Shown here piece after piece: positions 50,481 to 60,010 of a DNA stretch of 61,908 nt. How positions within the stretch are numbered: position 1 is the stretch's first letter; each line of letters begins with the position of its first letter. The notes below the pieces were generated by a model. It saw nothing but the letters and a program-made list of their open reading frames with translations, made no database searches and had not been told where the DNA came from. The translations under genes and the position numbers were made by a program. Origin of the DNA: Alphaproteobacteria bacterium UBA4588 (GTDB lineage: Bacteria; Pseudomonadota; Alphaproteobacteria; Puniceispirillales; Puniceispirillaceae); NCBI GenBank assembly GCA_002387605.1, contig DGJU01000046.1, positions 24,892 to 86,799 of the forward strand, written 5' to 3'.

Positions 50481-50598
50481 TGTCGCAATCGGACCGATGA
50501 TAGACGAGCATAAGCGATCATGTCCTGCCTGCTTATGGACAAAGTGTAGCCGGGTTATACCAAACCTGAAGAGATGATTTGAAAAAGGGTGACGGCAG

Positions 50599-51510
50599 AT
50601 GAGCGTTACGGTTGAAGCGATTGCAAAGGCAGGCGCAAATTGGTCAATAGAGGTAACGCCGACAGGTGCGACTAAAATTGATAGTTTTGCAGCTGTTCTG
50701 GCCGAAAATACCAGTGTCAATGTAACCTTCCTACCTGGTACAGATCCGAATGAGACAATTGCAGTTGCCAAGCGTTTGTCAGATGAGGGGATGAACGCTA
50801 TTCCGCATATTGCGGCGCGCTCTCTTAGTGATAAAGACCAGCTTGATGGATTGCTAAAACGCATGACATCCGAAGCAAATGTATCAGAAGTGCTTGTGAT
50901 TGGCGGCGGTGTTGATAAGCCTGTTGGCGCCTTTGATAATACGATGCAGGTATTGAATACAGGCCTTATTCAAAAACATGGGATTTCGCGCATTGGGGTA
51001 TCTGGTCACCCTGAGGGTAGCCCTGATATTCATGATGATGCGCTTGCACAAGCCATAGCCGATAAAAATGCCTTTGCGGCCTCTGAAGGGCTTAGCCTCT
51101 ATATGGAAACGCAATTCTGTTTTGATGCTGCCGCTGTTCTGGCATGGGAGCGCGCTATTCGCGAGGCAGGAAACGCATTGCCAATCAGAGTTGGCATTCC
51201 AGGGCCGGCAACCATTAAAACGCTATTCCGTTTTGCACAGATTTCGGGCATTGGCCCGTCAATGCGATTTATTGCAAAACAGGCCCGCAATGTTGCCAAG
51301 CTGATGACAGTGCAGTCACCACATCTGCTTCTTGCCGGGCTTGCTGATGGTATGGCTAGTGGAGCATCAGATGCTGATAAATGCCTTATTCAGCATTTTC
51401 ACTATTACCCTTTTGGCGGCTTTGCCAAGACAGCAGCTTACGCTGATGCAATTGCCAAAGGCCAGATTATCCTCACCAAAGACGGAGGCTTTGATGTGCA
51501 GGACAGCTAG
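50599..51510 (+). CDS. Methylenetetrahydrofolate reductase family protein (MetF-like)
   Basis: 303 aa with MTHFR-like TIM-barrel features (SIEVTP near the N-terminus, VSGHPEGSPD). The physiological direction of the reaction cannot be inferred from the sequence. Confidence 0.7.
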   Translation: MSVTVEAIAKAGANWSIEVTPTGATKIDSFAAVLAENTSVNVTFLPGTDPNETIAVAKRLSDEGMNAIPHIAARSLSDKDQLDGLLKRMTSEANVSEVLVIGGGVDKPVGAFDNTMQVLNTGLIQKHGISRIGVSGHPEGSPDIHDDALAQAIADKNAFAASEGLSLYMETQFCFDAAAVLAWERAIREAGNALPIRVGIPGPATIKTLFRFAQISGIGPSMRFIAKQARNVAKLMTVQSPHLLLAGLADGMASGASDADKCLIQHFHYYPFGGFAKTAAYADAIAKGQIILTKDGGFDVQDS

Positions 51511-51577
51511 GTCTTGTATTCATCATGCTTTATCCCCCATTTAATTTTAATAAGCGTTTTTTAGGAGTATTCATCAG

Positions 51578-52483
51578 ATGACAAGAACCCTCATTTCATC
51601 GCATAAGCAGGAAATTATTATTGGGTTTGATGCTCCGTTCTGCGTTATTGGAGAGCGTATTAATCCGACAGGCCGCAAATTACTCGCTGCCGAGATGGCA
51701 GAAGGTGATTATAGCCGCGTCGTATCAGATGCTCTTGCCCAAGTTGAAGCAGGCGCTACGATGCTGGACATTAATGCAGGTATCCCGATGGCAGATGAGC
51801 CGCGGATTCTGGCTGAAGCCATTCAACTGGTTCAGTCAGTTGTTGATGTGCCGCTTGCCATTGATAGCTCGATTGTTGAAGCGCTCGAAGCTGGCTTGTC
51901 GGTGTATCAAGGAAAGCCAATTGTGAATTCAGTTACGGGTGAAGAAGAACGGTTAGAAATAGTGCTGCCGTTGGTGAAAAAATATGGCGCAGCTGTTGTC
52001 GCAATCTCGAATGATGAGACGGGCATTTCTGAAGATGCGAATGTGCGTTATGAAGTTGCTAAGATGATTGTTGAACGGGCTGAAGATTATGGCATTCCGC
52101 GTGAAGATGTGATTGTTGACCCGCTTATTATGCCAGTTGGTGCGATTAATCTTGCTGGTAGAACAGCGCTAGACCTGATTACCCGCCTTCGCACCGAATT
52201 AAAGGTGAATACAACCTGCGGTGCATCAAATATTTCATTTGGCTTGCCGAACCGGCATGGTATGAATGCAGCTTTCCTTTCTATGGCAGCAGGTGCTGGC
52301 ATGACATCGGCGATTATGAACCCGCTTCATACCGAAGAGATGACGGGGATCATGGGGGCAAATGTGATGAATGGTGTTGATCCTCAATGCCGAAAATGGA
52401 TTAAGAAATTCCGGGAGCCTGCTTCTGAGAGTGTTGCTGGTGGCCGCGAGCGCCGCACCAACCGGCGGCGCGCTCGTGACTAG
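51578..52483 (+). CDS. Methyltetrahydrofolate:corrinoid methyltransferase (pterin-binding domain, MetH module 2 / AcsE / MtrH-like)
   Basis: 301 aa. IGERINPTGRK ... MLDINAG ... NSV ... SNISFGLPNR match the pterin-binding barrel of cobalamin methyltransferases. It has an unusual Arg-rich C-terminal tail, GGRERRTNRRRARD. Confidence 0.85.
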   Translation: MTRTLISSHKQEIIIGFDAPFCVIGERINPTGRKLLAAEMAEGDYSRVVSDALAQVEAGATMLDINAGIPMADEPRILAEAIQLVQSVVDVPLAIDSSIVEALEAGLSVYQGKPIVNSVTGEEERLEIVLPLVKKYGAAVVAISNDETGISEDANVRYEVAKMIVERAEDYGIPREDVIVDPLIMPVGAINLAGRTALDLITRLRTELKVNTTCGASNISFGLPNRHGMNAAFLSMAAGAGMTSAIMNPLHTEEMTGIMGANVMNGVDPQCRKWIKKFREPASESVAGGRERRTNRRRARD

Positions 52484-52512
52484 TTGGCATTTTGTCTGAT
52501 GAGGGTTTAAAG

Positions 52513-54543
52513 ATGTCAGATAATCATGACCTTAAAATTGTTTTTACACCCTCTGGCCGTCAGGGTCAGGTGAAGGCGGGCACTAATCTGTTGCAGGCCG
52601 CGCGTCAGCTCGGCGTTGATATCGATTCTGTCTGTGGTGGCCGGGCTATGTGTGGTCGCTGCCAGATTGATGTTGGGGTGGGCGAGTTTGCAAAACATGG
52701 CATTGCCTCTTCTGCTGAGGCTCTTAGTCAGCCATCTGCCTCAGAAGTGCGCTATGCCGAAAAACGTGACCTGCCACAGGGACGCCGGCTTGCCTGCCAA
52801 TGCACGCTTGTCTCTGATATTGTTATAGACGTGCCAGCAACAAGTCAGGTGCATAATCAGCTTGTTCGTAAAGAGGCCGATAACAGGGTGATTGACCTTG
52901 CGCCGCCTGTACGGCTTTGTTTTGTTGAGGTGCGCGAGCCTGATATGCATGAGCCATCTGGTGATTTGCGCCGGCTTATCGAAGCCATTGAAGCGCAATG
53001 GCCGAGCCGCGTTACAGCACCGATTAGCTGTGAGCTGCATGTGCTGAAACAGCTGCAGAAAACATTACGGGCTGGCAAATGGCAGGTGACGATTGCCTTG
53101 CGTTCAGGGTGCCAAATCGTTGCTATCTGGCCGGGGCTGAAAGAACAAATTCTGGGGGCTGCAATTGATGTAGGCTCAACCACAATGTCAGCCCATTTAT
53201 GCGATATGAATAATGGTCAGGTGCTGGCCTCAACAGGAATTATGAATCCGCAGATACGCTTTGGCGAAGATCTGATGAGCCGGGTTTCTTATGGGTTGAT
53301 GAATCCGGGGGGCGCTCAGGAAATGACAGCCGCTGTGCGCGAAGGATTACAGCAACTGATTACAGGCGGGGCTGAACAGGCAGGATTTACCGCATCAGAC
53401 GTGCTGGAAGTTGTGCTGGTTGGCAATCCTGTGATGCACCATTTATTGCTTGATATTGATCCTATTGAATTAGGCGGCGCGCCGTTCGCGCTGGCAGTTG
53501 ATACTGCGGTTGATATCAAGGCTGATGAGCTTGGACTTTCTTTGCATCCGGGAAGCTCTGTTTATATTCTGCCTTGTATTGCAGGCCATGTGGGGGCTGA
53601 TGCTGCTGGGGTTGTGCTAGCTGAAGGGCCGCATACAAGAGACGAGACAGCGCTGCTGATAGATGTTGGCACAAATGCTGAAATTATACTGGGAAACAAA
53701 CAGAGACTGCTTGCCGCATCATCGCCAACAGGCCCGGCTTTTGAGGGCGCACAAATCAGCTCAGGTCAGCGGGCAGCCCCCGGCGCAATTGAGCGATTGC
53801 GGATAGACCCTGATACGCTTGAGCCGCGCTTTTCGGTGATTGGCTCTGATCTCTGGTCAGATGAAGAGGGCTTTGATGAGGCTGTTAGTGCAACAGGCAT
53901 CACAGGCATTTGCGGCTCCGGCATTATCGAAGCCTTAGCCGAAATGTATCTATCTGGTGTGATTATGGCAGATGGCACCATTGATGGCAGTCTTGCTGAA
54001 CGCTCTGAGCGGGTTGAAAGCGATGGGCGGACTTTTAGCTACCGCATCACTGATACGGTAAAAATCATTCAGAATGATGTGCGGGCTATCCAGTTAGCAA
54101 AAGCAGCGCTACATGCAGGCTTCCGACTGCTGATGGATAAGATGGGCGTGGATAAGGTTGATAAGGTTGTGCTGGCAGGCGCGTTTGGCACCCATATAGA
54201 CCCTAAATATGCCATGGTGCTTGGCATGGTTCCTGATTGCGCGCTCGGCAATGTGATTGCCGCAGGCAATTCAGCCGGGGCAGGGGCTCGTATGGCGCTT
54301 TTGAATAGCAATGCTCGTGCTGAAATCGAAGAAACAGTGCGGCATATCGAAAAAATTGAAACAGCTGTTGAAGCTGATTTTCAGGATCATTTTGTAAGAG
54401 CCATGGCAATTCCCCATAAAACTGACCCCTATCCTGAATTGTCGGCAGCGGTGTCTCTGCCGGTGCGTGATTTGAGTGATAATGTTCCATCGGCTGACCC
54501 ATCGAGCCGCAAGCGAACAGGCAGACGCATCCGTCCTGCCTAG
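52513..54543 (+). CDS. Reductive activator of corrinoid proteins (RACo/RamA-like): N-terminal 2Fe-2S ferredoxin plus ASKHA ATPase (DUF4445)
   Basis: 676 aa from ATG 52513, with GAGGG upstream. It has a plant-type 2Fe-2S motif CGGRAMCGRC ... LACQC, then a large actin/HSP70-like domain (AIDVGSTT, LIDVGTNAEI, GICGSG). The track ORF begins at a TTG at 52492. Confidence 0.85.
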   Translation: MSDNHDLKIVFTPSGRQGQVKAGTNLLQAARQLGVDIDSVCGGRAMCGRCQIDVGVGEFAKHGIASSAEALSQPSASEVRYAEKRDLPQGRRLACQCTLVSDIVIDVPATSQVHNQLVRKEADNRVIDLAPPVRLCFVEVREPDMHEPSGDLRRLIEAIEAQWPSRVTAPISCELHVLKQLQKTLRAGKWQVTIALRSGCQIVAIWPGLKEQILGAAIDVGSTTMSAHLCDMNNGQVLASTGIMNPQIRFGEDLMSRVSYGLMNPGGAQEMTAAVREGLQQLITGGAEQAGFTASDVLEVVLVGNPVMHHLLLDIDPIELGGAPFALAVDTAVDIKADELGLSLHPGSSVYILPCIAGHVGADAAGVVLAEGPHTRDETALLIDVGTNAEIILGNKQRLLAASSPTGPAFEGAQISSGQRAAPGAIERLRIDPDTLEPRFSVIGSDLWSDEEGFDEAVSATGITGICGSGIIEALAEMYLSGVIMADGTIDGSLAERSERVESDGRTFSYRITDTVKIIQNDVRAIQLAKAALHAGFRLLMDKMGVDKVDKVVLAGAFGTHIDPKYAMVLGMVPDCALGNVIAAGNSAGAGARMALLNSNARAEIEETVRHIEKIETAVEADFQDHFVRAMAIPHKTDPYPELSAAVSLPVRDLSDNVPSADPSSRKRTGRRIRPA

Positions 54544-54692
54544 TTCTTGGGGATGTCTTTTGAGGTGCCGGATTTCGTGCTACGGCGCGCACGCATCACT
54601 GAATGCAGGATACAGCCGCAGACAAACAGCCCTGCCAGAGCGTAGCTTGGCCAGATAAACAGGCCATATCCTGCCATATTAAGACTTATCAT
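54540..54692 (-). CDS. ccmD: Heme exporter protein D
   Basis: 50 aa (MISLNMAGYGLFIWPSYALAGLFVCGCILHSVMRARR...), a single TM helix. Its ATG overlaps the ccmC stop. The 112-aa track ORF is over-extended into ccmC. Confidence 0.8.
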   Translation of the reverse strand: MISLNMAGYGLFIWPSYALAGLFVCGCILHSVMRARRSTKSGTSKDIPKN

Positions 54693-55408
54693 GATATGTG
54701 CCCTCGTGCGGCCTGCCGGCGCTCTGCCAGCATCCAGCTCATCCGGTGCAGAACAACCCAGATGAAAAATAGCTGGAAGCCTGCAAACATAAGCAGAAGC
54801 GGTGTGAGCATAGCTGCATCTATAGAAACTCCGCCAGAGCGCATAATGCTGGCTGGTTGATGCAAGGTGTTCCACCACTCAACAGAAAATTTTACAATTG
54901 GCAGATTGATAACGCCTACAAGCGCAAGAATGGCGGCAGGACGGGCGCCACGTTCCGGCCTGTCAAATCCGTTTGAAAGGGCAATATGGCCAACAAAGAA
55001 AAAGAACAGCAAAAGCATGGAGGTTAGTCTTGCATCCCAAACCCACCATGTGCCCCATGTCGGATAACCCCATAAACTACCCGTAACAAGGGTTAGCCCT
55101 GCAAACCCGCAGCCAATAGGGGCAATAGCGCGGGCCGCAATATCAGCGAGTGGATGCCGCCAGATAAGAAAAAAAAGCGCACAGATGCCAAGGCCAAGAT
55201 AGCTGGAAAGCGCAAGCCATGCGGAGGGAACATGCACATACATGATACGTACAGTCTCGCCTTGCTGATAATCTGCTGGTGAGGCAAATAGCGCGTAATA
55301 AAGACCAGCAGCAAAGCTCAGTCCCGCCAGTAGAAGGCAGTAAGGCATCACAGGTGCTGTGATGCGCTGAAAACGCCCCGGATTGGCAAGCTTGTCAAAA
55401 ATATTCAT
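54689..55408 (-). CDS. ccmC: Heme exporter protein C
   Basis: 239 aa with the WWD heme-handling motif WGYPTWGTWWVWDARL. Confidence 0.92.
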   Translation of the reverse strand: MNIFDKLANPGRFQRITAPVMPYCLLLAGLSFAAGLYYALFASPADYQQGETVRIMYVHVPSAWLALSSYLGLGICALFFLIWRHPLADIAARAIAPIGCGFAGLTLVTGSLWGYPTWGTWWVWDARLTSMLLLFFFFVGHIALSNGFDRPERGARPAAILALVGVINLPIVKFSVEWWNTLHQPASIMRSGGVSIDAAMLTPLLLMFAGFQLFFIWVVLHRMSWMLAERRQAARGHIS

Positions 55409-55492
55409 ATTATCCAGCTCCTATAAGAGCAGTGCAACATATGCTGGCGCGTTAAGACTGAATAGGTAGATAGCGTGCTTCTGCTCATTTTT

Positions 55493-56176
55493 CTACCTCT
55501 CTTCAAGTGCGGCAGAAAGTCCTGCTTGCCCGGCAAGTGGCGTAAGAACCAGAAGGACAGCTGTGAATGCGCCAAGCAGAAGAAGATAGACATGGGCTGG
55601 TGTCTGAAGCGCTGTATCATTCGTGCAGGCCGCATCTCCGGCAAGAACCCCAAAAATAAGAATAGGCACGGATAGGGGCAGAATAATCAGCGCAACAAGA
55701 AGCGCTGTTTTGCGCGCCCCCAGCGTGATCGCCGCGCTAATAGTGCCCAGCAGTAATAACGCCATCATACCCAGAGCAAGACTTGCCAGCACATCACCTA
55801 AGCAGGAAAGCGGCAGGTTAAGAATAAGCATCATTACAGGTGTCATAAGCAATAATGGCAGAACCGTCAGGCAGTACCAGCTTACCGCCTTTGCCATGAC
55901 ATATTGCCAGAGCCCTGCGCCGGAGAGGGCAACCTGCTCACACCATCCGGTGCGATAATCAGCATCAAATAACCTATCAAACCCGGGAAGGGCACTCAGT
56001 ACGGCAGCAATCCAGATAATCGAAATGCCAAGCTGTTGCAGGAGGTCAGGGCCGGGGCCGAGGCTGAGAGGAAATAACGCAGCAATCAGGATAAAAAATC
56101 CTGCCTGAGCAAGGCTGTCTGTGCTGGTGTGCCAGCCAAGCGCAAACTCGCGCCGGAAAAGAACAAGCAGGCTCAT
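55493..56176 (-). CDS. ccmB: Heme exporter protein B
   Basis: 227-aa six-TM protein lying between ccmA and ccmC. It overlaps ccmA by 4 nt. Confidence 0.88.
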   Translation of the reverse strand: MSLLVLFRREFALGWHTSTDSLAQAGFFILIAALFPLSLGPGPDLLQQLGISIIWIAAVLSALPGFDRLFDADYRTGWCEQVALSGAGLWQYVMAKAVSWYCLTVLPLLLMTPVMMLILNLPLSCLGDVLASLALGMMALLLLGTISAAITLGARKTALLVALIILPLSVPILIFGVLAGDAACTNDTALQTPAHVYLLLLGAFTAVLLVLTPLAGQAGLSAALEER

Positions 56177-56835
56177 GAGGCCTCCGTCTCTGGCGATAGA
56201 AGCGCGATTTGCTGTGCGGCATGTTGCTGAAAGTCAGGGTTATGACTTGCCAATATAACCCGCCCACCAGCGTCCTTAAATGAGGTAATAAGGGTGTGAA
56301 GGCGTGCCTGACTATCTGCATCAAGTCCCGTCTCAGCCTCATCTAGCAACCAGAGAGCTGTTATGTCTGATGGGTCAAGAAGCGCTGTCAGGGCAAGACG
56401 CTGGCACTGTCCGGCAGATAGATACTTTACCTGCCGATGGGCAAAGTCTGAAATCTGAAAAAGGTCATTGCTAGATTGTTCAGACATGGGGCGCATGCGA
56501 TGAAGAGCGGCAAGATGACGAAGATTTTGCCAGCCGGTTAATTCCGGGCTAAGGCCTGTATTACTGCCAAGATAACGCGCTGAAAGGCGGCATTCTGGCT
56601 GATGCGGCTTATAGGGGGCGCCATCAAGCGTAACGTCGCCGCTATGGCAGGGCAGGAAGCCGGCAATCATCCGCAGCAAGGTTGATTTTCCGCTCCCATT
56701 TACCCCTGTAAGGCAAATAACATCACCAGCCTGAACCAAGAAAGACGCTGGCAGTGAAAGCTGCCTCCCACTTCGATATGCCGAAAGTTTTGATACCGTC
56801 AACGCGCCAGAATGAGATATGACTTCTTGGGACAT
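56173..56835 (-). CDS. ccmA: Cytochrome c biogenesis heme-exporter ATPase
   Basis: 220 aa with Walker A GVNGSGKST, signature LSAGQCQR and Walker B LLDEAETGLD. Confidence 0.9.
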   Translation of the reverse strand: MSQEVISHSGALTVSKLSAYRSGRQLSLPASFLVQAGDVICLTGVNGSGKSTLLRMIAGFLPCHSGDVTLDGAPYKPHQPECRLSARYLGSNTGLSPELTGWQNLRHLAALHRMRPMSEQSSNDLFQISDFAHRQVKYLSAGQCQRLALTALLDPSDITALWLLDEAETGLDADSQARLHTLITSFKDAGGRVILASHNPDFQQHAAQQIALLSPETEAS

Positions 56836-56883
56836 GGCTATGTTATCAAAGTCGCTATTTCTAAAACTATTCTGGGTGCAGTT

Positions 56884-59679
56884 TTAGAAGTGAGTTGACA
56901 AAGAGTTTCCTACTTTCGCTAACGGGGGAGAGAATTTTGTAAGGTCAATGCCCTTCACTGCTTCCTTATATTCTTCAATATTAGGGGTTCTGCCCAGAAT
57001 GGCTGACAGCACTACAACGGGCGTTGAGGCAAGCAGAGACTCGCCCTTTTTCTCGTCAGAATCTTCCACAACTCTTCCTTGGAAAAGCCGAGTAGATGTT
57101 GCTAAAACAGTATCGCCCTTAGCTGCTTTTTCTTGATTCCCCATACATAGGTTACAGCCCGGACGTTCTAGATACAGAATATTATCATATGTTTTTCGGG
57201 CAGCATTTTTCGGGGCATTATCATCAAACTCAAAGCCGGAATATTTTTGCAGAATGCTCCAATCCCCCTCAGCTTTCAGCTCATCTATTATATTATAAGT
57301 TGGCGCAGCTACCACTAACGGTGCTTTGAATTCAACAACACCGGCCTTTTCTTCAAGGTTGCGAAGCATCTGAGCCACAATTTTTATATCGCCCTTATGT
57401 ACCATACACGAGCCAACAAACCCTAAATCCACCAATTTTTCGGCGTTATAATATGAAATGGGTCTTATTGTATCATGTGTATAACGCTTGGAGATATCTA
57501 TGTTATTGACATCAGGGTCAGCGATCATTGGCTCATTAACTTCGTCCAAGTCAATTATCACTTCTTCATAGTATTTTGCATTTTCATCGGGCTTTAAGGC
57601 AGGCTTTTCTCCAGAAGTGATCTCAGCAATACGACGATTGGCTATCGCGATGAGCCCTTTTAGCATGCTGGTGTTATTATCCATGCCCTTATCTATCATT
57701 GTCTGAATGCGGTCTGCGGCGATTTTGAGGGACTCTATCATAGTCGCATCTTCAGAAATGCAGATGGACGCCTTTGCCTTCATTTCGGCTGTCCAATCTG
57801 TAAAGGTAAAGGCTTGGTCTGCGAGCAATGTGCCGAGATGGACTTCAATAATTCTCCCTTGAAAGACGTTGTCCCCACACTGCTTCAGCATCTGAATTTG
57901 AGTGGCATGAACAATATCTCGGAAATCCATATGTTCAGCCATGGCACCTTTAAATGTTACCTTAACTGTTTCAGGGATAGGCATCGTGACCTCCCCTGTT
58001 GCTAGTGCAAGTGCTACCGTTCCAGAATCTGCGCCAAAAGCAACGCCCTTGGACATGCGTGTGTGAGAATCTCCGCCAATAATGATCGCCCAATCATCAA
58101 CTGTGATGTCGTTTAACACCTTGTGAATGACATCAGTCATTGGCTGATAAACATCGTTCGGGTCTCTTGCCGTAATGAGCCCAAAATTATTCATGAATTC
58201 CATGAGCTTCGGCGTATTTTCCTGAGCTTTGAAATCCCAGACTGAAGCTGTGTGACAGCCAGACTGATAGGCGCCATCTACAGAAGGCGAAATTACTGTT
58301 GCTGCCATGCCCTCTAATTCTTGAGACGTCATTAGGCCAGTCGTATCTTGAGAGCCAACAATGTTTACTTTGACCCGTACATCGGCGCCGGCATGAAGAA
58401 TTTGATTGTCATCTACGTCAAGCGCATTGGCATTAAAAATTTTCTCGACTGCCGTTAAACCTTGATTTGGATGCGACACTCTTTTTGAGGGAGCAAAAGC
58501 AGATACCAATTTAACGTTCAGAGCCTCACAGGCAAAACCCTGTAATTTTTTACCAAAGACAATGGCATATGAGCCGCCAGCCTTGATGAACTCTATTTTT
58601 TGAGGTGAGAATGAGGATGAGATATCAACTAATTCTTCGTCACTCTCTTCAGTGAGTAGCTTTTTGTCATTAGTATTGATTGTAAAAACCCGGCCTGTCT
58701 CGACTGTATATTTTTCCACAAGAATTGGTGAGCCATCATTATTGAGGATTGGGTTGCCATCGGCATCTAGTTTTTTCACCCAATTTTTAAGGTCGAGGCC
58801 TATCCCGCCAGTTACCCCAACAGTTGTTTGAAAGATAGGAGAAATGCCGTTTGTTCCGGCAACGATAGGAGCGTTATTAACAAAAGGGACGTAGGGGCTT
58901 GCCTGTTTGCCTGTCCATAACGCTACGTTATTTACGCCAGACATTCTTGATGAGCCAACACCCATTGTTCCTTTTTCCGCAACCAGCATGACACGCTTGT
59001 CTGGATGTTGTTTTTGAAGCGCCTGTATTTCGATTTGAGCGGCTTCGGAGATCATGCATTTCCCATGAAGTTCTCTGTCAGAACGGGAGTGAGCTTGATT
59101 GCCAGGAGAGAGGAGATCTGTTGAAATATCTCCTTCTGCTGCGACGTATGCAACAACTTTGATTTGGTCATCAATATTGTTTAATTTTGTAAAAAATTCA
59201 GCAGTTGAGTAGCTTTGAAGGATTTGTTTTGCGATGAGGTTATTCTCATCATAAGCCTTTTTCAGGCGCGCCATGTCTGAATCATATAAAAAGACTTGTG
59301 TCTTCATAACATCGGCTGCGTCTTGTGCTATTTGAAGATCTTCCCCGAGAGCTAAATCCAACAAAACCTCAATAGAAGGTCCACCCTTCATGTGTGACAG
59401 AAGCTCAAAGGCAAATGCCGTAGAAATTTCATCTACCGTGGTAGCGCCAGTAATGATTTCTTTCAGCATGCTTGCTTTGCTTGCCGCAGCTGACGTAGTG
59501 CCGGGCAGAGTATTATAGATGAAAAAGTTAAGCGACTGCTCTCTATTTGGATTAGATGGGTCCTTAATATTGGCAATGATCGCATCTAATAGGGCACCGT
59601 TATCTATCGGTTTTGGCTGTAAGCCCTGTGTTTTACGGTCGTTGATTTCATTTAGATATTCGCTGTAAAGATCCATCAT
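56884..59679 (-). CDS. acnB: Aconitate hydratase 2 / 2-methylisocitrate dehydratase (long AcnB form)
   Basis: 931 aa. An AcnB-type N-terminal HEAT-like domain (EYLNEINDRKTQGLQPKPID) and swivel domain precede the catalytic domains. Motifs present are GSQDTTG, GGDSHTR and the Fe-S Cys motifs GSCM and PGCNLCMGNQ. Confidence 0.9.
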   Translation of the reverse strand: MMDLYSEYLNEINDRKTQGLQPKPIDNGALLDAIIANIKDPSNPNREQSLNFFIYNTLPGTTSAAASKASMLKEIITGATTVDEISTAFAFELLSHMKGGPSIEVLLDLALGEDLQIAQDAADVMKTQVFLYDSDMARLKKAYDENNLIAKQILQSYSTAEFFTKLNNIDDQIKVVAYVAAEGDISTDLLSPGNQAHSRSDRELHGKCMISEAAQIEIQALQKQHPDKRVMLVAEKGTMGVGSSRMSGVNNVALWTGKQASPYVPFVNNAPIVAGTNGISPIFQTTVGVTGGIGLDLKNWVKKLDADGNPILNNDGSPILVEKYTVETGRVFTINTNDKKLLTEESDEELVDISSSFSPQKIEFIKAGGSYAIVFGKKLQGFACEALNVKLVSAFAPSKRVSHPNQGLTAVEKIFNANALDVDDNQILHAGADVRVKVNIVGSQDTTGLMTSQELEGMAATVISPSVDGAYQSGCHTASVWDFKAQENTPKLMEFMNNFGLITARDPNDVYQPMTDVIHKVLNDITVDDWAIIIGGDSHTRMSKGVAFGADSGTVALALATGEVTMPIPETVKVTFKGAMAEHMDFRDIVHATQIQMLKQCGDNVFQGRIIEVHLGTLLADQAFTFTDWTAEMKAKASICISEDATMIESLKIAADRIQTMIDKGMDNNTSMLKGLIAIANRRIAEITSGEKPALKPDENAKYYEEVIIDLDEVNEPMIADPDVNNIDISKRYTHDTIRPISYYNAEKLVDLGFVGSCMVHKGDIKIVAQMLRNLEEKAGVVEFKAPLVVAAPTYNIIDELKAEGDWSILQKYSGFEFDDNAPKNAARKTYDNILYLERPGCNLCMGNQEKAAKGDTVLATSTRLFQGRVVEDSDEKKGESLLASTPVVVLSAILGRTPNIEEYKEAVKGIDLTKFSPPLAKVGNSLSTHF

Positions 59680-60010
59680 TATCTCTATAAAATTAAGGGG
59701 TAAAATTAGGAGGCTGATTATGGCTCTCTTGAATTTGGGTTATCGTACTATTTTAGCAACGCGATATCAAAACAAAAGATAGCATCCAAAATTTTCACTC
59801 AAGTTAAAACATTATACCGTAATATTGGTTTTATATGGTTAAAAAAGAAGGGTGAAATTTAGGGTTTCGCGTTCTTTGCACGGCGCTCAGCCCTGCGACC
59901 CCGTTATTGTTTGGATTTATCTAGGTTGCAAAGGGCTTTTTGGGATAGAAGATGGGAAGCTGTCACTATTTTTTTTCAGTAAGTGCATTTTTTTGGATGC
60001 AGAGACTTTT

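Noticed and set aside
54540-54878. 112-aa ORF listed for the ccmD locus
   Set aside because: Only the C-terminal 50 codons, from ATG 54692, form the single-TM CcmD. The upstream 62 codons lie inside ccmC in another frame and have no protein-like features.
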